Below, one piece after another: positions 18,472-27,781 of a stretch of 64,000 nt of DNA. Under the pieces are notes generated by a model. The model did not search any database and was not told the DNA's origin. It saw only the letters and a list, made by a program, of their open reading frames with translations. A program made the translations under genes and the position numbers. The stretch is from a virus (lineage: Duplodnaviria; Heunggongvirae; Uroviricota; Caudoviricetes), in IMG/VR virus record IMGVR_UViG_3300044475_000054, positions 1 through 64,000 of that record; one strand, given 5' to 3'. Numbering within the stretch: position 1 is the stretch's first letter; each line of letters opens with the position of its first letter.

Positions 18472-18681
18472 ATGCTAATCATCAATCGTTATGAGAATAG
18501 GCAGACTGGTAAAGTGACAATACAAGCGCATGTATTAAAAGGTAAAAAGGTATTAAAGTCATATGCTCCATGTTGTCCCAGTTTAATTGATATGATTGCA
18601 CAGCACTATAGCTTTTATTTGTTGTGTGATGTAGACTACTATAGCAAGTTAGATGTTGTTAATATTGTTAATGTTAAATAA
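18472..18681 (+). CDS. hypothetical protein
   Basis: ORF 4 nt after the upstream stop. Confidence 0.45.
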   Translation: MLIINRYENRQTGKVTIQAHVLKGKKVLKSYAPCCPSLIDMIAQHYSFYLLCDVDYYSKLDVVNIVNVK

Positions 18682-18706
18682 AATTGAGCAAAGCTCACAA
18701 AGGAAA

Positions 18707-18943
18707 ATGAAAATGACTTATAAGATTGAACAAATTGTGTTAGAAAATGATAAAGCTTTTTGTATTGATGGTTTAGACGGTTACTACTACTGTTATGAGA
18801 TTGGTGTAACTCACTCAACACGAAAAGCAACTATATCTAAAACATACGGTTTAGAGTACACAAAAGAAAAACACTTTGTGCCACGTTGGGGAAATCCTAG
18901 CACTACAGATAAAACAATTGATTTAAGTATAGATAAAATTTAA
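18707..18943 (+). CDS. hypothetical protein (start moved to ATG 18707)
   Basis: RBS aaaggaaaATGaaaATG. The track ORF 18653 overlaps the upstream gene. Confidence 0.4.
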   Translation: MKMTYKIEQIVLENDKAFCIDGLDGYYYCYEIGVTHSTRKATISKTYGLEYTKEKHFVPRWGNPSTTDKTIDLSIDKI

Positions 18944-18974
18944 TTGTTTACTTTCAGCATGAATATGTTTTACA

Positions 18975-19202
18975 ATGTGTTCATGCAATAAAGTAAATAT
19001 GAGTAATTACAGGTACATCAAAATGGTATACACAAGTAAAGAAGTCTTAGAACAATACAACAAAGGAAAGTCTATTGTATTGTTTACAAGTAAAGATACT
19101 ATCCTTTTAAAACAAGGTGTATCTTGTTCAGATACGGTAAACGAGATACTAAGCACTGGGTTATATCGTCATAATCAGGTGACACATGGGAGAATCTTGT
19201 AA
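18975..19202 (+). CDS. hypothetical protein
   Basis: ORF. The start may be an internal ATG. Confidence 0.4.
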   Translation: MCSCNKVNMSNYRYIKMVYTSKEVLEQYNKGKSIVLFTSKDTILLKQGVSCSDTVNEILSTGLYRHNQVTHGRIL

Positions 19203-19549
19203 TGAATATCACAAGCGGAACATCGACAAAATACTCTTATTACAACTGGTATAAAACGCATAATTATTGGCATGATGCAAACAAAGAATTGTCTAAGACT
19301 TTAACAGACGCTTTGGTTAAATTTGCTTTAGATCGTTTAGATAGCGATATTGTTGAAATGATAGTAACTAAAGGTTGGATATGTCATATTGATAGACTTT
19401 GTAACGATACCAATGAAACATTGAACGATAGTACATACCAAATTAACTTTACCAACAAAAACGGTGTACGTATTAGTATAGACGGTGTACTATTGAAAAA
19501 GTACAGACCGTTCTTAGATCATGGGTTATCTTTGGATGAAGGACAGTAA
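19202..19549 (+). CDS. hypothetical protein
   Basis: ATGA-type overlap. Confidence 0.45.
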   Translation: MNITSGTSTKYSYYNWYKTHNYWHDANKELSKTLTDALVKFALDRLDSDIVEMIVTKGWICHIDRLCNDTNETLNDSTYQINFTNKNGVRISIDGVLLKKYRPFLDHGLSLDEGQ

Positions 19550-19550
19550 A

Positions 19551-19742
19551 ATGAACATTAAACGAATCAAACAACGTACTAAACTACGTGCACAATACGA
19601 AGTAAAAGACATGTTATCAACTAAAATATTTAGCACAAAACACAACACATATACAGTTGGGGATATGATTACACTTACAAGCTGTATGGTTATACTCACT
19701 TTGTTCGCATATGTATCTTTGATGGTAGGTATTCCAAAATGA
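19551..19742 (+). CDS. hypothetical protein with C-terminal TM helix (start at ATG 19551 behind gaagga)
   Basis: In-frame ATG with RBS. C-terminus ITLTSCMVILTLFAYVSLMVGI is hydrophobic. Confidence 0.4.
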   Translation: MNIKRIKQRTKLRAQYEVKDMLSTKIFSTKHNTYTVGDMITLTSCMVILTLFAYVSLMVGIPK

Positions 19743-19985
19743 GTATTAAATCAAGCGTATTAGAACACGGTACACATACAGACAAAAGTATCCAGTAGTA
19801 AAAACAATGGCAGCACTACAACACGTATGCTTTATTCAGCAAAGAGAATGACGCTGTAATTATTTCAGTAGATGAAGCACATGAACATGATTTTGTTGGT
19901 CAAAAGGTTGAAGATGTACATGCCCCTGAGTGGGTAGTTGTAACAGGTTTTGAAATTGTTATTAAAGGATGATGGGTGAATAGAG

Positions 19986-20141
19986 ATGAATAAAGAACAA
20001 TTGTTAGATAAGTTATTAGATGCAATAGACAGAGATTACAATCAATATTGGGATGAACATATGGTCTTGGGTATGTCTTACAGTGAGTTGATTGAAGCTA
20101 GAGAGCTATTACAACAAATTAGAGATGAGGTGAAGACATGA
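19986..20141 (+). CDS. small hypothetical protein (51 aa), not in the ORF track
   Basis: ATG 19986 reads MNKEQLLDKLLDAIDRDYNQYWDEHMVLGMSYSELIEARELLQQIRDEVKT. Its stop overlaps the next start (ATGA). Confidence 0.35.
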   Translation: MNKEQLLDKLLDAIDRDYNQYWDEHMVLGMSYSELIEARELLQQIRDEVKT

Positions 20142-20356
20142 TAAACGTACAAATTAAAGGTGATGTAATACAAGCTCACAATAGCAAAGGTCAATTGATT
20201 GAAGTATTTATTAATCATTGTTCTACAGAAGATCGTATGTATTGGGTTGTTAAGATAGATCATGTAAAACACACAGAAATAGAGGAACACAAATATATAG
20301 GTACATTATGGGAAGATATGAACACCTTAGAAGGTATCTTCATTTGTTTTAACTAG
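20138..20356 (+). CDS. hypothetical protein
   Basis: ATGA overlap. Confidence 0.45.
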   Translation: MINVQIKGDVIQAHNSKGQLIEVFINHCSTEDRMYWVVKIDHVKHTEIEEHKYIGTLWEDMNTLEGIFICFN

Positions 20357-20366
20357 GGGGCATATA

Positions 20367-20555
20367 GTGACTACAGATAAACTTTTACAGAAGATAGAGG
20401 CTTTATTACATGATAACCCAAACATTAGTCATGTTGAAGTATCTTCATTGATCAAGGATATAAAGATAGGCTTAGATAAAGCTTATGTACAAGGACACTG
20501 TGATGGGTATAACAAAGGTTTTAGAACATGCTTAGATATCTATGCCAGTAAATAA
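20367..20555 (+). CDS. hypothetical protein
   Basis: RBS tagggggcatataGTG/ATG region. Confidence 0.45.
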   Translation: MTTDKLLQKIEALLHDNPNISHVEVSSLIKDIKIGLDKAYVQGHCDGYNKGFRTCLDIYASK

Positions 20556-21025
20556 CACATGTTATATAACACCAATAGGGAGCGATTAGCTCCTTTTATT
20601 TATGCCCTTAGTAACTAATAGTATTAATCGCCAGTACAACAAATAACACCCTACAACATAATAAAACATATGCAATCAGCTAATCTTATAATTAGACTCA
20701 TAGTTATATTCTCAATCGTTTATCTATTATCTAGTTACTTATACGACACCTTCTTAATACATACCCATATGCTGCTCTCTTTTGTCTGTTATGTTAACTT
20801 ACTGGATTATTCTTGTTATCCTTATTACCCTGTAGTACGTGTTGTTTAGCTTGACAACCTCAACCTCCTCTACAACTCTCCTCCCTAATAACCTCTACAT
20901 AAGCTACTAACTTCTAGTAAGTGTATATCTACTGGTAAGCTACTACCTATGTAATAGTATGTTATGAATACATAGATGAATGATAACGTGAGCGTAGTGA
21001 TGACTAAATTAAATGAATAAAGTTA

Positions 21026-21054
21026 TTGACACTGTATGAGTAATTAACGATAAT
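21026..21054 (+). promoter_or_regulatory. sigma70-like promoter ttgaca-N17-gataat
   Basis: TTGACA 21026-21031, GATAAT 21049-21054. Confidence 0.45.
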
Positions 21055-21093
21055 GAATGTATTAGGTAACACACAACATAAGAGAGCAACACT

Positions 21094-21294
21094 GTGAACA
21101 TAGAAGCAACTAAGCTACTGTTAGGTAGCAGAGATAAAGCGGAGTACATACTTAAGCATAAACCTTTTGTAGCTACTCACTTCAACACAATGGATGATTC
21201 ATATATAAACAATGTAGAGCCTGAATATGACAGTATCCTGTACATAGACTTGATTGAACTAAGTAGGTATCTTAGAAGTAATAAAGATTGGTAG
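21094..21294 (+). CDS. hypothetical protein (GTG start)
   Basis: RBS aagagag 8 nt before GTG. Confidence 0.4.
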   Translation: MNIEATKLLLGSRDKAEYILKHKPFVATHFNTMDDSYINNVEPEYDSILYIDLIELSRYLRSNKDW

Positions 21295-21682
21295 AGCTAC
21301 ACATACAGTAGTCTTTAGGATATCAACACATCTTAGGGACTACTTTAGACCACTGAGTTGATAGTACAGAATATTTATCTTTAGATATTTTAGAATCATA
21401 AGGAGGTTTAGATTTGGGGGTGTGGGTGCTGTTAAGCAACACTTCTATGATTCTAAGAAATTAAGGAATACCATAAGAGATATTTCTGTAGGTAGTAAAA
21501 CTAAGAAAGATAACAACACTTCTATGAATACAATATTTTTACAAGAAACCTTACAACCACTAGGGTTTAACAATGGAAAGATAACAATAAAATAACAATG
21601 AAAGAACAATAAGTTTGATAGAGATTTTGATACTAATTTTATTGTTAGTTGATGTAGTGCTAGCGGTGTTCTTAGACTGGTG

Positions 21683-21817
21683 TATTATCTCTATTTATTA
21701 TATTTTAGTATGTTGATATTTTAAGATAGTAACTTCTTAGTATTATCTATTTTATTATATACATATAGATATTTTTATTATTCAGTTTATTATCTTTTAT
21801 AGTGTTCTCTATTATCT
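21683..21817. repeat. AT-rich iteron-like array: four copies of TATTATCT (21683, 21741, 21788, 21810)
   Basis: Direct octamer repeats in a 700-bp ORF-free AT-rich stretch in front of the helicase-like gene. Confidence 0.4.
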
Positions 21818-22002
21818 CAAAATAATTTTTAGTATTATGATAAAAACACCTAATCTCTAGTTGTGTAATCTTAGTTGTTGTGTTAAACTTGAGTTAGTAC
21901 GTGACAAAAATAATCTAGTTTCTCCTAAAGAGAGAATTTAGAAATTCGAAAAATGTCACGTTTTTCTTTAGTGCTTAACTTATAAGGAGTATACATACTT
22001 AC

Positions 22003-23886
22003 ATGAACCAAGTAAAGAGTTTATTAAAAATAAATCCATCCAACCTTACAGAAGATATTTCTACAAACACACAAACCTTAGTTGTACCTACAGGTTTACA
22101 CTACATGAGTGAAGTGCTAGAAGACTTACCCAAAGGAGTATTCATTGATAAACAAGTATGTGGTGTTGGTGGTACTACGTTAGCTATCAAGTCCAACACT
22201 AATTACGTTATCGCTGTACATCGTAAGCTCCTTGTTGAAAACAAACACATCCAACATCCAGATATTTTAGTTAAAGTTCTAGGTGGTGTCAAGGTTGATG
22301 ATATTATTAGTCAAGTTAAATCTGGTAAGAATAAGATCATTACAACTTATGATGGTTTAAAGAAAGTATCAGAAGCTTTAGGTAGTCTTGGTGTGTTAAA
22401 TCATTTCCATCTCTTAGTAGATGAGGTTCAGAATGTTATTCGAGAAGGTGGAGATTTTAGAGATGAGGTGTGTAACTACTTACTGGATAATAGTTGTAAC
22501 TTTGCTTCTGTATCCTACCTAACAGCTACGTCAACAGAACGAAAATATCTTCCAGAACAGATTAGAGATATTCCATACCTAAAGATTGAATGGGAAGATA
22601 GCGTTAACATCAAGGTTAATCAGAAACACATCAAGGGTGATCTTACTCAAGCTATCACAGCTATCGCTTTAGAGCACTTGGATGACTCTAGTAAAGGTGA
22701 AGCTTATTTCTTCTTCAATAGTGTTAGAGGAATCCTGCCTGTTATTAAGAACCTTATTAAGTTGAGAACAGTAACAGAAGAAGACATTAAGATTATTTGT
22801 GCTGATAGTGAAGATAATGAGAAATTGTTAAACTCTCTTGGTGGTGTATGGAAACCTGAGAGACCTTTAGACCAAGATAAGGATGGTAACTTAGTTGTAA
22901 ATAACAAGACGATTACGTTTATCACTAAAACTTGTTTTGAGGGTGTTGACTACTACTCAGATAATCCTGTAACCTACATCGTGTCTGATGCTAGGAATAA
23001 AGAGAAGCACTTCGTTAAGACAGACATTGCTATTGATATTAGACAGATTGCTGGCAGATTTCGTACAGCTAACCCAATGTCTAAACAGGAAGTAGTGTTG
23101 CTTTGGACTGGTCAGTATGAGGGGTTTGGTTTGTCTGAACAAGAGTACGAGGAGCATGTACTGCAAGAGATTGAGAAAGCTAAGAACACGATCAATCTTG
23201 TCAATAGTGGTCAAATCCATTCAACTCTAGAACAGTTAGCTAAGACATCTAAATATTATACAGAACGCGATGGGGTTGTGTGCTTAAACAACCTAGCCTA
23301 CAGTAATATCATGTCTGAGTATCGAACACAGTACGAAGATTTCAAAGTAGTTGTGGATGGTGGTAAGGAGATTAAAGCTTTGGATAACCGTTTGAATAAA
23401 CTTTATGATGTTGACAACTATGTCATACCGAAGCTATCACCTTTAGACAAAACTGGTCTAGGGAAGAAACTGAATTTCGCTGAGGTGTCTTATGATCTAT
23501 ACAACCTACTTTCTTTAGGTGTCGATAATGAGGAGGTTAGAAATATCTACTTAGCTTGTCCTCGACTTAAAGAGTATGTAGATGAGCTTGGTTTTGATAT
23601 TCTTAAAACACTAGGTTATCAAGAAAGTAAGATCAAAGTTAAGTTCAATGAATCTATTGGTTCTAAAGAAACTTCACTAAGACTCAAAGACGTGCAAGAC
23701 TGCTTAAATTTTAGTATTGGTGATAAGTACACTTCTAAGCAGTTGAAAGACTTGTTTGCTGAGTGTTTTGAATCCTTATCTATTAACAAAACAAGTAAAG
23801 CTAGTTGTGTGTTAGACTACTACAGCGTTGGTCGTGCTAACATTAATGGTTGTAGAGGTTATAAGATTCTTGGTAAATTAAGTTAA
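22003..23886 (+). CDS. SF2 helicase-like protein with degenerate motif I (no P-loop lysine)
   Basis: Motif II LLVDEVQN, motif III LTATST, motif VI QIAGRFRT. Where motif I should be there is VPTGLHYMS or CGVGGTT, with no GKT/S. 627 aa. RBS taaggagtatacatacttacATG. Confidence 0.5.
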   Translation: MNQVKSLLKINPSNLTEDISTNTQTLVVPTGLHYMSEVLEDLPKGVFIDKQVCGVGGTTLAIKSNTNYVIAVHRKLLVENKHIQHPDILVKVLGGVKVDDIISQVKSGKNKIITTYDGLKKVSEALGSLGVLNHFHLLVDEVQNVIREGGDFRDEVCNYLLDNSCNFASVSYLTATSTERKYLPEQIRDIPYLKIEWEDSVNIKVNQKHIKGDLTQAITAIALEHLDDSSKGEAYFFFNSVRGILPVIKNLIKLRTVTEEDIKIICADSEDNEKLLNSLGGVWKPERPLDQDKDGNLVVNNKTITFITKTCFEGVDYYSDNPVTYIVSDARNKEKHFVKTDIAIDIRQIAGRFRTANPMSKQEVVLLWTGQYEGFGLSEQEYEEHVLQEIEKAKNTINLVNSGQIHSTLEQLAKTSKYYTERDGVVCLNNLAYSNIMSEYRTQYEDFKVVVDGGKEIKALDNRLNKLYDVDNYVIPKLSPLDKTGLGKKLNFAEVSYDLYNLLSLGVDNEEVRNIYLACPRLKEYVDELGFDILKTLGYQESKIKVKFNESIGSKETSLRLKDVQDCLNFSIGDKYTSKQLKDLFAECFESLSINKTSKASCVLDYYSVGRANINGCRGYKILGKLS

Positions 23887-23893
23887 ATAAAAA

Positions 23894-23926
23894 GGAGACT
23901 ACTGTTTGGTAGTCTCCTTTGTTTTG
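23894..23926. terminator. bidirectional rho-independent terminator between convergent genes
   Basis: ggagactac-tgtttg-gtagtctcc perfect 9-bp stem flanked by A-run and T-run. Confidence 0.65.
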
Positions 23927-23934
23927 TTAAATAG

Positions 23935-24387
23935 TTAACTCATCCACTCTTTAAAAGATAATCTTGTATCGCTAACAAGACACCAGTATAAGAAGAATAC
24001 TGTATTGAAAATCAGCCATGTTCCACTAATTACAAGTGACAGCGAAGAGAACACGATTAAAATAACCTCCCACCAACAAGCACTTCGACTGTTTTCTGTT
24101 TTAACTAAAGTTATATGTTGATCTTCTGTGTAACTGTGAAAAGTAGATGAACTGACAATATGCTCCTTACCATTAACAGATAACATATAGTCTGTACATG
24201 TTGATCTATTTTTACTTGTCCCACACTCGTAGTCGATTGATCTCTTATTATCTACCATACCTTGAGCTGTGATTACCTCTTTACTACCTCCAAAACCGTG
24301 TACTAATGGTTTTAAGGTTAAAGGTGCTAACACTGTTCCAAGTATAATTAGAATTAAAACAACCTTACGTAATAATTTTCTATGCAT
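23935..24387 (-). CDS. membrane-anchored protein (start moved to internal ATG 24387)
   Basis: ATG 24387 has the RBS caggagctatgaaATG and opens with a signal-anchor MHRKLLRKVVLILIILGTVLAPL. A second TM lies near the C-terminus. Confidence 0.45.
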   Translation of the reverse strand: MHRKLLRKVVLILIILGTVLAPLTLKPLVHGFGGSKEVITAQGMVDNKRSIDYECGTSKNRSTCTDYMLSVNGKEHIVSSSTFHSYTEDQHITLVKTENSRSACWWEVILIVFSSLSLVISGTWLIFNTVFFLYWCLVSDTRLSFKEWMS

Positions 24388-24388
24388 T

Positions 24389-24625
24389 TCATAGCTCCTG
24401 TTTTGCAATATCAAATAGTAATTGTATGTTAAAGTATAACTCCATAACTTCTTTAGTTGTCCTATCTGTTTGTGGAATCTTGTCAAATAGTAATTCAAAC
24501 AATCCTGCTTGTAAGTTATCATAGCTGTTACTACAACGTGCTAACCACCCATCAACATATAACTCTATCACACTTGGTTTCTTAAGTGAAACAGAATACC
24601 CACCTATCTTTCTAGTTACTTCCAC
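24389..24625 (-). CDS. hypothetical protein
   Basis: ORF abutting the downstream gene. RBS gagattATG. Confidence 0.45.
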   Translation of the reverse strand: MEVTRKIGGYSVSLKKPSVIELYVDGWLARCSNSYDNLQAGLFELLFDKIPQTDRTTKEVMELYFNIQLLFDIAKQEL

Positions 24626-24737
24626 TCATAATCTCCTTTAATCTAAGATATTAACTATATTACACCACTATTTTCAATAAAGCAATAAAAAGAGGACATA
24701 AAGCCCTCTAATTTTAATTTAATTACGATTAACTGCG

Positions 24738-24998
24738 TTAAAACACTAATTTCCCTGTTTTATGAGATGTTTCTCCGATTAAGTCATAACTTGAATAGTT
24801 TAGTTCGTAAGTTGTCCACACTGAATCAAGATTAGTGGTTAAGATAAACTTACCACCTCCGTAATCATTCTCCTCGAACTCTGATTCATAGTTATAAGTC
24901 TCTTTTAACCATGTAAGTAGTGCTGAAAAAGATGAGAACACACCTTCTATATATTCACGTTCACCATCATCTGAGTTTAAAACATAAACCTTACTCAC
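24738..24998 (-). CDS. hypothetical protein
   Basis: ORF in the leftward block. Confidence 0.45.
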   Translation of the reverse strand: MSKVYVLNSDDGEREYIEGVFSSFSALLTWLKETYNYESEFEENDYGGGKFILTTNLDSVWTTYELNYSSYDLIGETSHKTGKLVF

Positions 24999-25306
24999 TT
25001 CTTCTTACCCTTCCGTTTATTACGATTCTTTAATCGTGTAGATGGATGAGGTAGTGACTTCTTCCACTTCTCTTGTGTCTCGTTTACTTCTCGCTTCATC
25101 ATAGATTCAGCTAAATCCCAAGAGCACGAATAGTTATTTAATTGATCTAATCCAATTTGACTAAATTGTTCCTTCGATATTGAAATCTTTTTACTTAAAG
25201 GAGTCCTTTCTTTACCTTTGTTAATACTCTTACGAATACTCATCACAACAAGTGTAACAACTAAAGCTATAAACGATAAAATAAATAATAACGCAAATAC
25301 ATCCAT
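24995..25306 (-). CDS. membrane-anchored protein with basic C-terminal tail
   Basis: N-terminal TM MDVFALLFILSFIALVVTLVVMSI. C-terminus KNRNKRKGKKK. Confidence 0.45.
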   Translation of the reverse strand: MDVFALLFILSFIALVVTLVVMSIRKSINKGKERTPLSKKISISKEQFSQIGLDQLNNYSCSWDLAESMMKREVNETQEKWKKSLPHPSTRLKNRNKRKGKKK

Positions 25307-25309
25307 TAA

Positions 25310-25564
25310 TTAATTCTCCAGCAAATAAGCAAGATCGTCAATATCTGCTTCCATTAAATCATCAATTGATAAATCTGTTGTAGCGTAGCTATAATATACA
25401 GGCATAGAATTATACCGAAGAGTCACAACCTTAGCATTTTCATAACAGTTAGAACCATCATGAAAATCAAAAGAACTTAACACAGATTTAACATAATCAT
25501 GATGATCTTCGTCTTTAATAAAGAATTTAAACCCTTTATGTTTCATAAGAAATCTCCTAAACAA
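25310..25564 (-). CDS. hypothetical protein
   Basis: RBS ttaggagatttcttATG on the minus strand. Confidence 0.45.
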   Translation of the reverse strand: MFRRFLMKHKGFKFFIKDEDHHDYVKSVLSSFDFHDGSNCYENAKVVTLRYNSMPVYYSYATTDLSIDDLMEADIDDLAYLLEN

Positions 25565-25932
25565 ATCATATAAACTTGTTTACCAAACTCATTACTCAAA
25601 TAAGCTTTACCATATTTACTCTCAGCAATATTTAATTGATAAGCAGCGTATGTAATTTCATCTAAGATAAGTTTAATAGCTTTCTCAGCCTGTGTTGTTG
25701 GTGCAGGAGCTACAGAAATAGCAACTTCATAACTAACTCCATTCTGACGAGCATTAGATACATCTTCTGCAAAATCAGCAATACTCTCACATAACGTCAA
25801 TTCAACACCAACGGGGTTCAACGATGTTTGGTTTAAAGAATTATCTACAATTTGTGCATAAGCTGGTGAGTATTGACAGGATAGAAGTAATACACTAAAG
25901 ATACTTAGTAGTTTATTTTTAAGTTTCATCAT
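25543..25932 (-). CDS. secreted protein (Sec signal peptide)
   Basis: MMKLKNKLLSIFSVLLLSCQYSPAYA, then the mature domain. Confidence 0.5.
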   Translation of the reverse strand: MMKLKNKLLSIFSVLLLSCQYSPAYAQIVDNSLNQTSLNPVGVELTLCESIADFAEDVSNARQNGVSYEVAISVAPAPTTQAEKAIKLILDEITYAAYQLNIAESKYGKAYLSNEFGKQVYMICLGDFL

Positions 25933-26125
25933 CTACTCCTAAAATAACTTCTTCTGTTGGGAACACCTCTATTGTTGTAGACTCATCATCCCAACACCAG
26001 TCATCAAGTGATGAATTATTTACATCTTCTTGGAACATATCAATAATTTCAGAATCAGACATTTCCGATCTGCTACCGCCTAATGTGATTGTTTTTACAA
26101 TTGTTGCTACTACTGTACGACTCAT
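25919..26125 (-). CDS. hypothetical acidic protein (start moved to ATG 26125 behind aggag)
   Basis: RBS aataggagatttaagATG. The longer track ORF would overlap the upstream lipoprotein gene. Confidence 0.4.
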   Translation of the reverse strand: MSRTVVATIVKTITLGGSRSEMSDSEIIDMFQEDVNNSSLDDWCWDDESTTIEVFPTEEVILGVDDET

Positions 26126-26135
26126 CTTAAATCTC

Positions 26136-26333
26136 CTATTTAACACACTTAACAGGTGATCCGTCTTGGTAAACAAGAATACCATTAAATTGTTTTTCAA
26201 CAAGATTGAGTTGTTGTTGAACTTCTTTATATTCGATGTATACAAGTCCATCTTTACACTCTGGAACAATTGTCGTCCGTGTTGTACAAGCTGTCAATGT
26301 TAACCCTAGTAATAAGATTGCTAATAATTTCAT
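26136..26333 (-). CDS. small lipoprotein
   Basis: MKLLAILLLGLTLTAC lipobox. RBS ttaaggagattttaaaATG. Confidence 0.5.
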   Translation of the reverse strand: MKLLAILLLGLTLTACTTRTTIVPECKDGLVYIEYKEVQQQLNLVEKQFNGILVYQDGSPVKCVK

Positions 26334-26382
26334 TTTTAAAATCTCCTTAAATTAATTTGTTCTCTAAATATAATACAACTGA

Positions 26383-26859
26383 CTAAGTGTTGTCAATCAG
26401 TTGTTCAACAATAATGTCATGTTCTTTTAGTAGATTAATCCCTGCTCGATCACGGTATTCTTCTTTGTATACTACTCGTCTAACCCCTGCTTGGGCTATC
26501 ATAGCACTACAAGCTGTGCAGCAACTTAATGTGGTATATAGAGTAGCCCCTTTGATTGAGACTCCTTGCCTCGCTGCGTGTAGTATTGCATTTAATTCAG
26601 CATGGATAACTGTATTTAAAGTTTTTAGTTCTCCTGTCTTCTCAAACCAACTTCCCTTACCAAATTCAGCATGAAGTGCAACTTCTTCGTATTCACAGCG
26701 ATTATCCCAACCACTAGGCGTTCCGTTATAACTTGAAAGCATTACGTTCTCAGGTGTAACTAAAACACAACCTACTTTCTTTCGTACAGCATGAGATAAT
26801 GTAGCGATATTCTCCGCACAAGACATATAAACCTTATCTAAATCTTTTTGACTAGCCAT
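26383..26859 (-). CDS. dCMP (deoxycytidylate) deaminase, CDA zinc-binding family
   Basis: Motifs VGCVLV, HAEFG / HAELNAIL, and a TLSCCTACSAMIAQAGV zinc-ligand region. Confidence 0.8.
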   Translation of the reverse strand: MASQKDLDKVYMSCAENIATLSHAVRKKVGCVLVTPENVMLSSYNGTPSGWDNRCEYEEVALHAEFGKGSWFEKTGELKTLNTVIHAELNAILHAARQGVSIKGATLYTTLSCCTACSAMIAQAGVRRVVYKEEYRDRAGINLLKEHDIIVEQLIDNT

Positions 26860-27101
26860 TATTTTTCCATTCTAATAAGTTTGTCTGAAAAAGGCATACC
26901 AATAATGGTATCGAACTTGATTAAATTTGTGTTTGTGTAAATAGTATGTCCTGACCAAAAACCTTCAACCTCCAAGTAAGCGCGACTTCCTGAAATTTTA
27001 GAAATCTTTGTTTTTACAAGATTAATCTTACTCTTACCTGTCACGTAGATATAGATTACATCGTCACCAACGAACAGTTCATTACCGTATAAATCTTTCA
27101 T
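26859..27101 (-). CDS. hypothetical protein
   Basis: ATGA overlap with the deaminase gene. Confidence 0.45.
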   Translation of the reverse strand: MKDLYGNELFVGDDVIYIYVTGKSKINLVKTKISKISGSRAYLEVEGFWSGHTIYTNTNLIKFDTIIGMPFSDKLIRMEK

Positions 27102-27353
27102 TTACCTCTCCTCAACTTTATTACGACTAACTGTAATCCCTGATAACTTAAAAGAGTCATCATCAACATGAATATAAAACTTAGCTAAACTGCCATTGCC
27201 TGATTCTAATACATTCTTAAAGTAACTGAAATCATATCTTGGTAGAACGATAACAACTTCTTCTGTATTAATACCTAACCTACGACTTGCTCCGTTAATG
27301 GATAATAATGCTTTCTGTAAATCGTGTAAAGCTTGTGTTTTGTTAATGTCCAT
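27102..27353 (-). CDS. hypothetical protein
   Basis: ORF abutting its neighbours. Confidence 0.45.
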   Translation of the reverse strand: MDINKTQALHDLQKALLSINGASRRLGINTEEVVIVLPRYDFSYFKNVLESGNGSLAKFYIHVDDDSFKLSGITVSRNKVEER

Positions 27354-27362
27354 ATCAAGCTC

Positions 27363-27632
27363 CTAGATGCCTTGTGATAACTTACCATCTTCAATTAACC
27401 AAACTTCTTCTGTACTCCACTCACCTTCATGCGAACCGCTTTTAAGCAAGTTTAGTACAAACACTTCATCTAAGTATTCCTCATCTTCGTCATCTTCATT
27501 AGCAAATGCTTCTAACTCCAAAAGACTGTAAGCAATACCAATCCGATCTTGCACAAAAGATTCAATACTATCATAAATCTTAGTCTCTAAACCATTTTCA
27601 TCAAAATCCGCATTAATGTATAAAAGTTGCAT
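27363..27632 (-). CDS. hypothetical very acidic protein
   Basis: Asp/Glu-rich 89 aa. RBS aaggataaggttATG. Confidence 0.45.
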   Translation of the reverse strand: MQLLYINADFDENGLETKIYDSIESFVQDRIGIAYSLLELEAFANEDDEDEEYLDEVFVLNLLKSGSHEGEWSTEEVWLIEDGKLSQGI

Positions 27633-27643
27633 AACCTTATCCT

Positions 27644-27781
27644 TTAAATAATAACTTTCTTAACTTTACGTGTTTTCTCGCAACGTCTACACTCTTCCCA
27701 CCATTCATCATCAAAAGGGCTTAACTCTTGTTCACAATGATGTGGAAAGCAGAATAATTGTTTAAGGAATTTAAGTATCAT
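27644..27781 (-). CDS. small Cys-rich protein (45 aa), not in the ORF track
   Basis: The minus-strand ORF reads MILKFLKQLFCFPHHCEQELSPFDDEWWEECRRCEKTRKVKKVII. ATGA overlap with the upstream stop. Confidence 0.3.
   Translation of the reverse strand: MILKFLKQLFCFPHHCEQELSPFDDEWWEECRRCEKTRKVKKVII

Noticed and set aside
19742-19985. Open reading frame of about 60 codons (…VIISVDEAHEHDFVGQKVEDVHAPEWVVVTGFEIVIKG)
   Set aside because: There is no ATG, GTG or TTG start within the open frame after the upstream stop. It may be a frameshifted remnant or a sequencing error, so it is not called.
3178-20290. Scattered minus-strand ORFs in the plus-strand early block (3178-3366, 4698-5027, 10548-10805, 12238-12426, 14556-14807, 18639-18830, 20078-20290)
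   Set aside because: Each overlaps co-directional, RBS-supported plus-strand genes in a block with no other minus-strand coding. They are AT-rich chance ORFs.
21683-21817. CRISPR array
   Set aside because: The repeats are 8-nt AT-rich octamers with irregular spacing, not 24-48-nt repeats with unique spacers. No cas genes are present.
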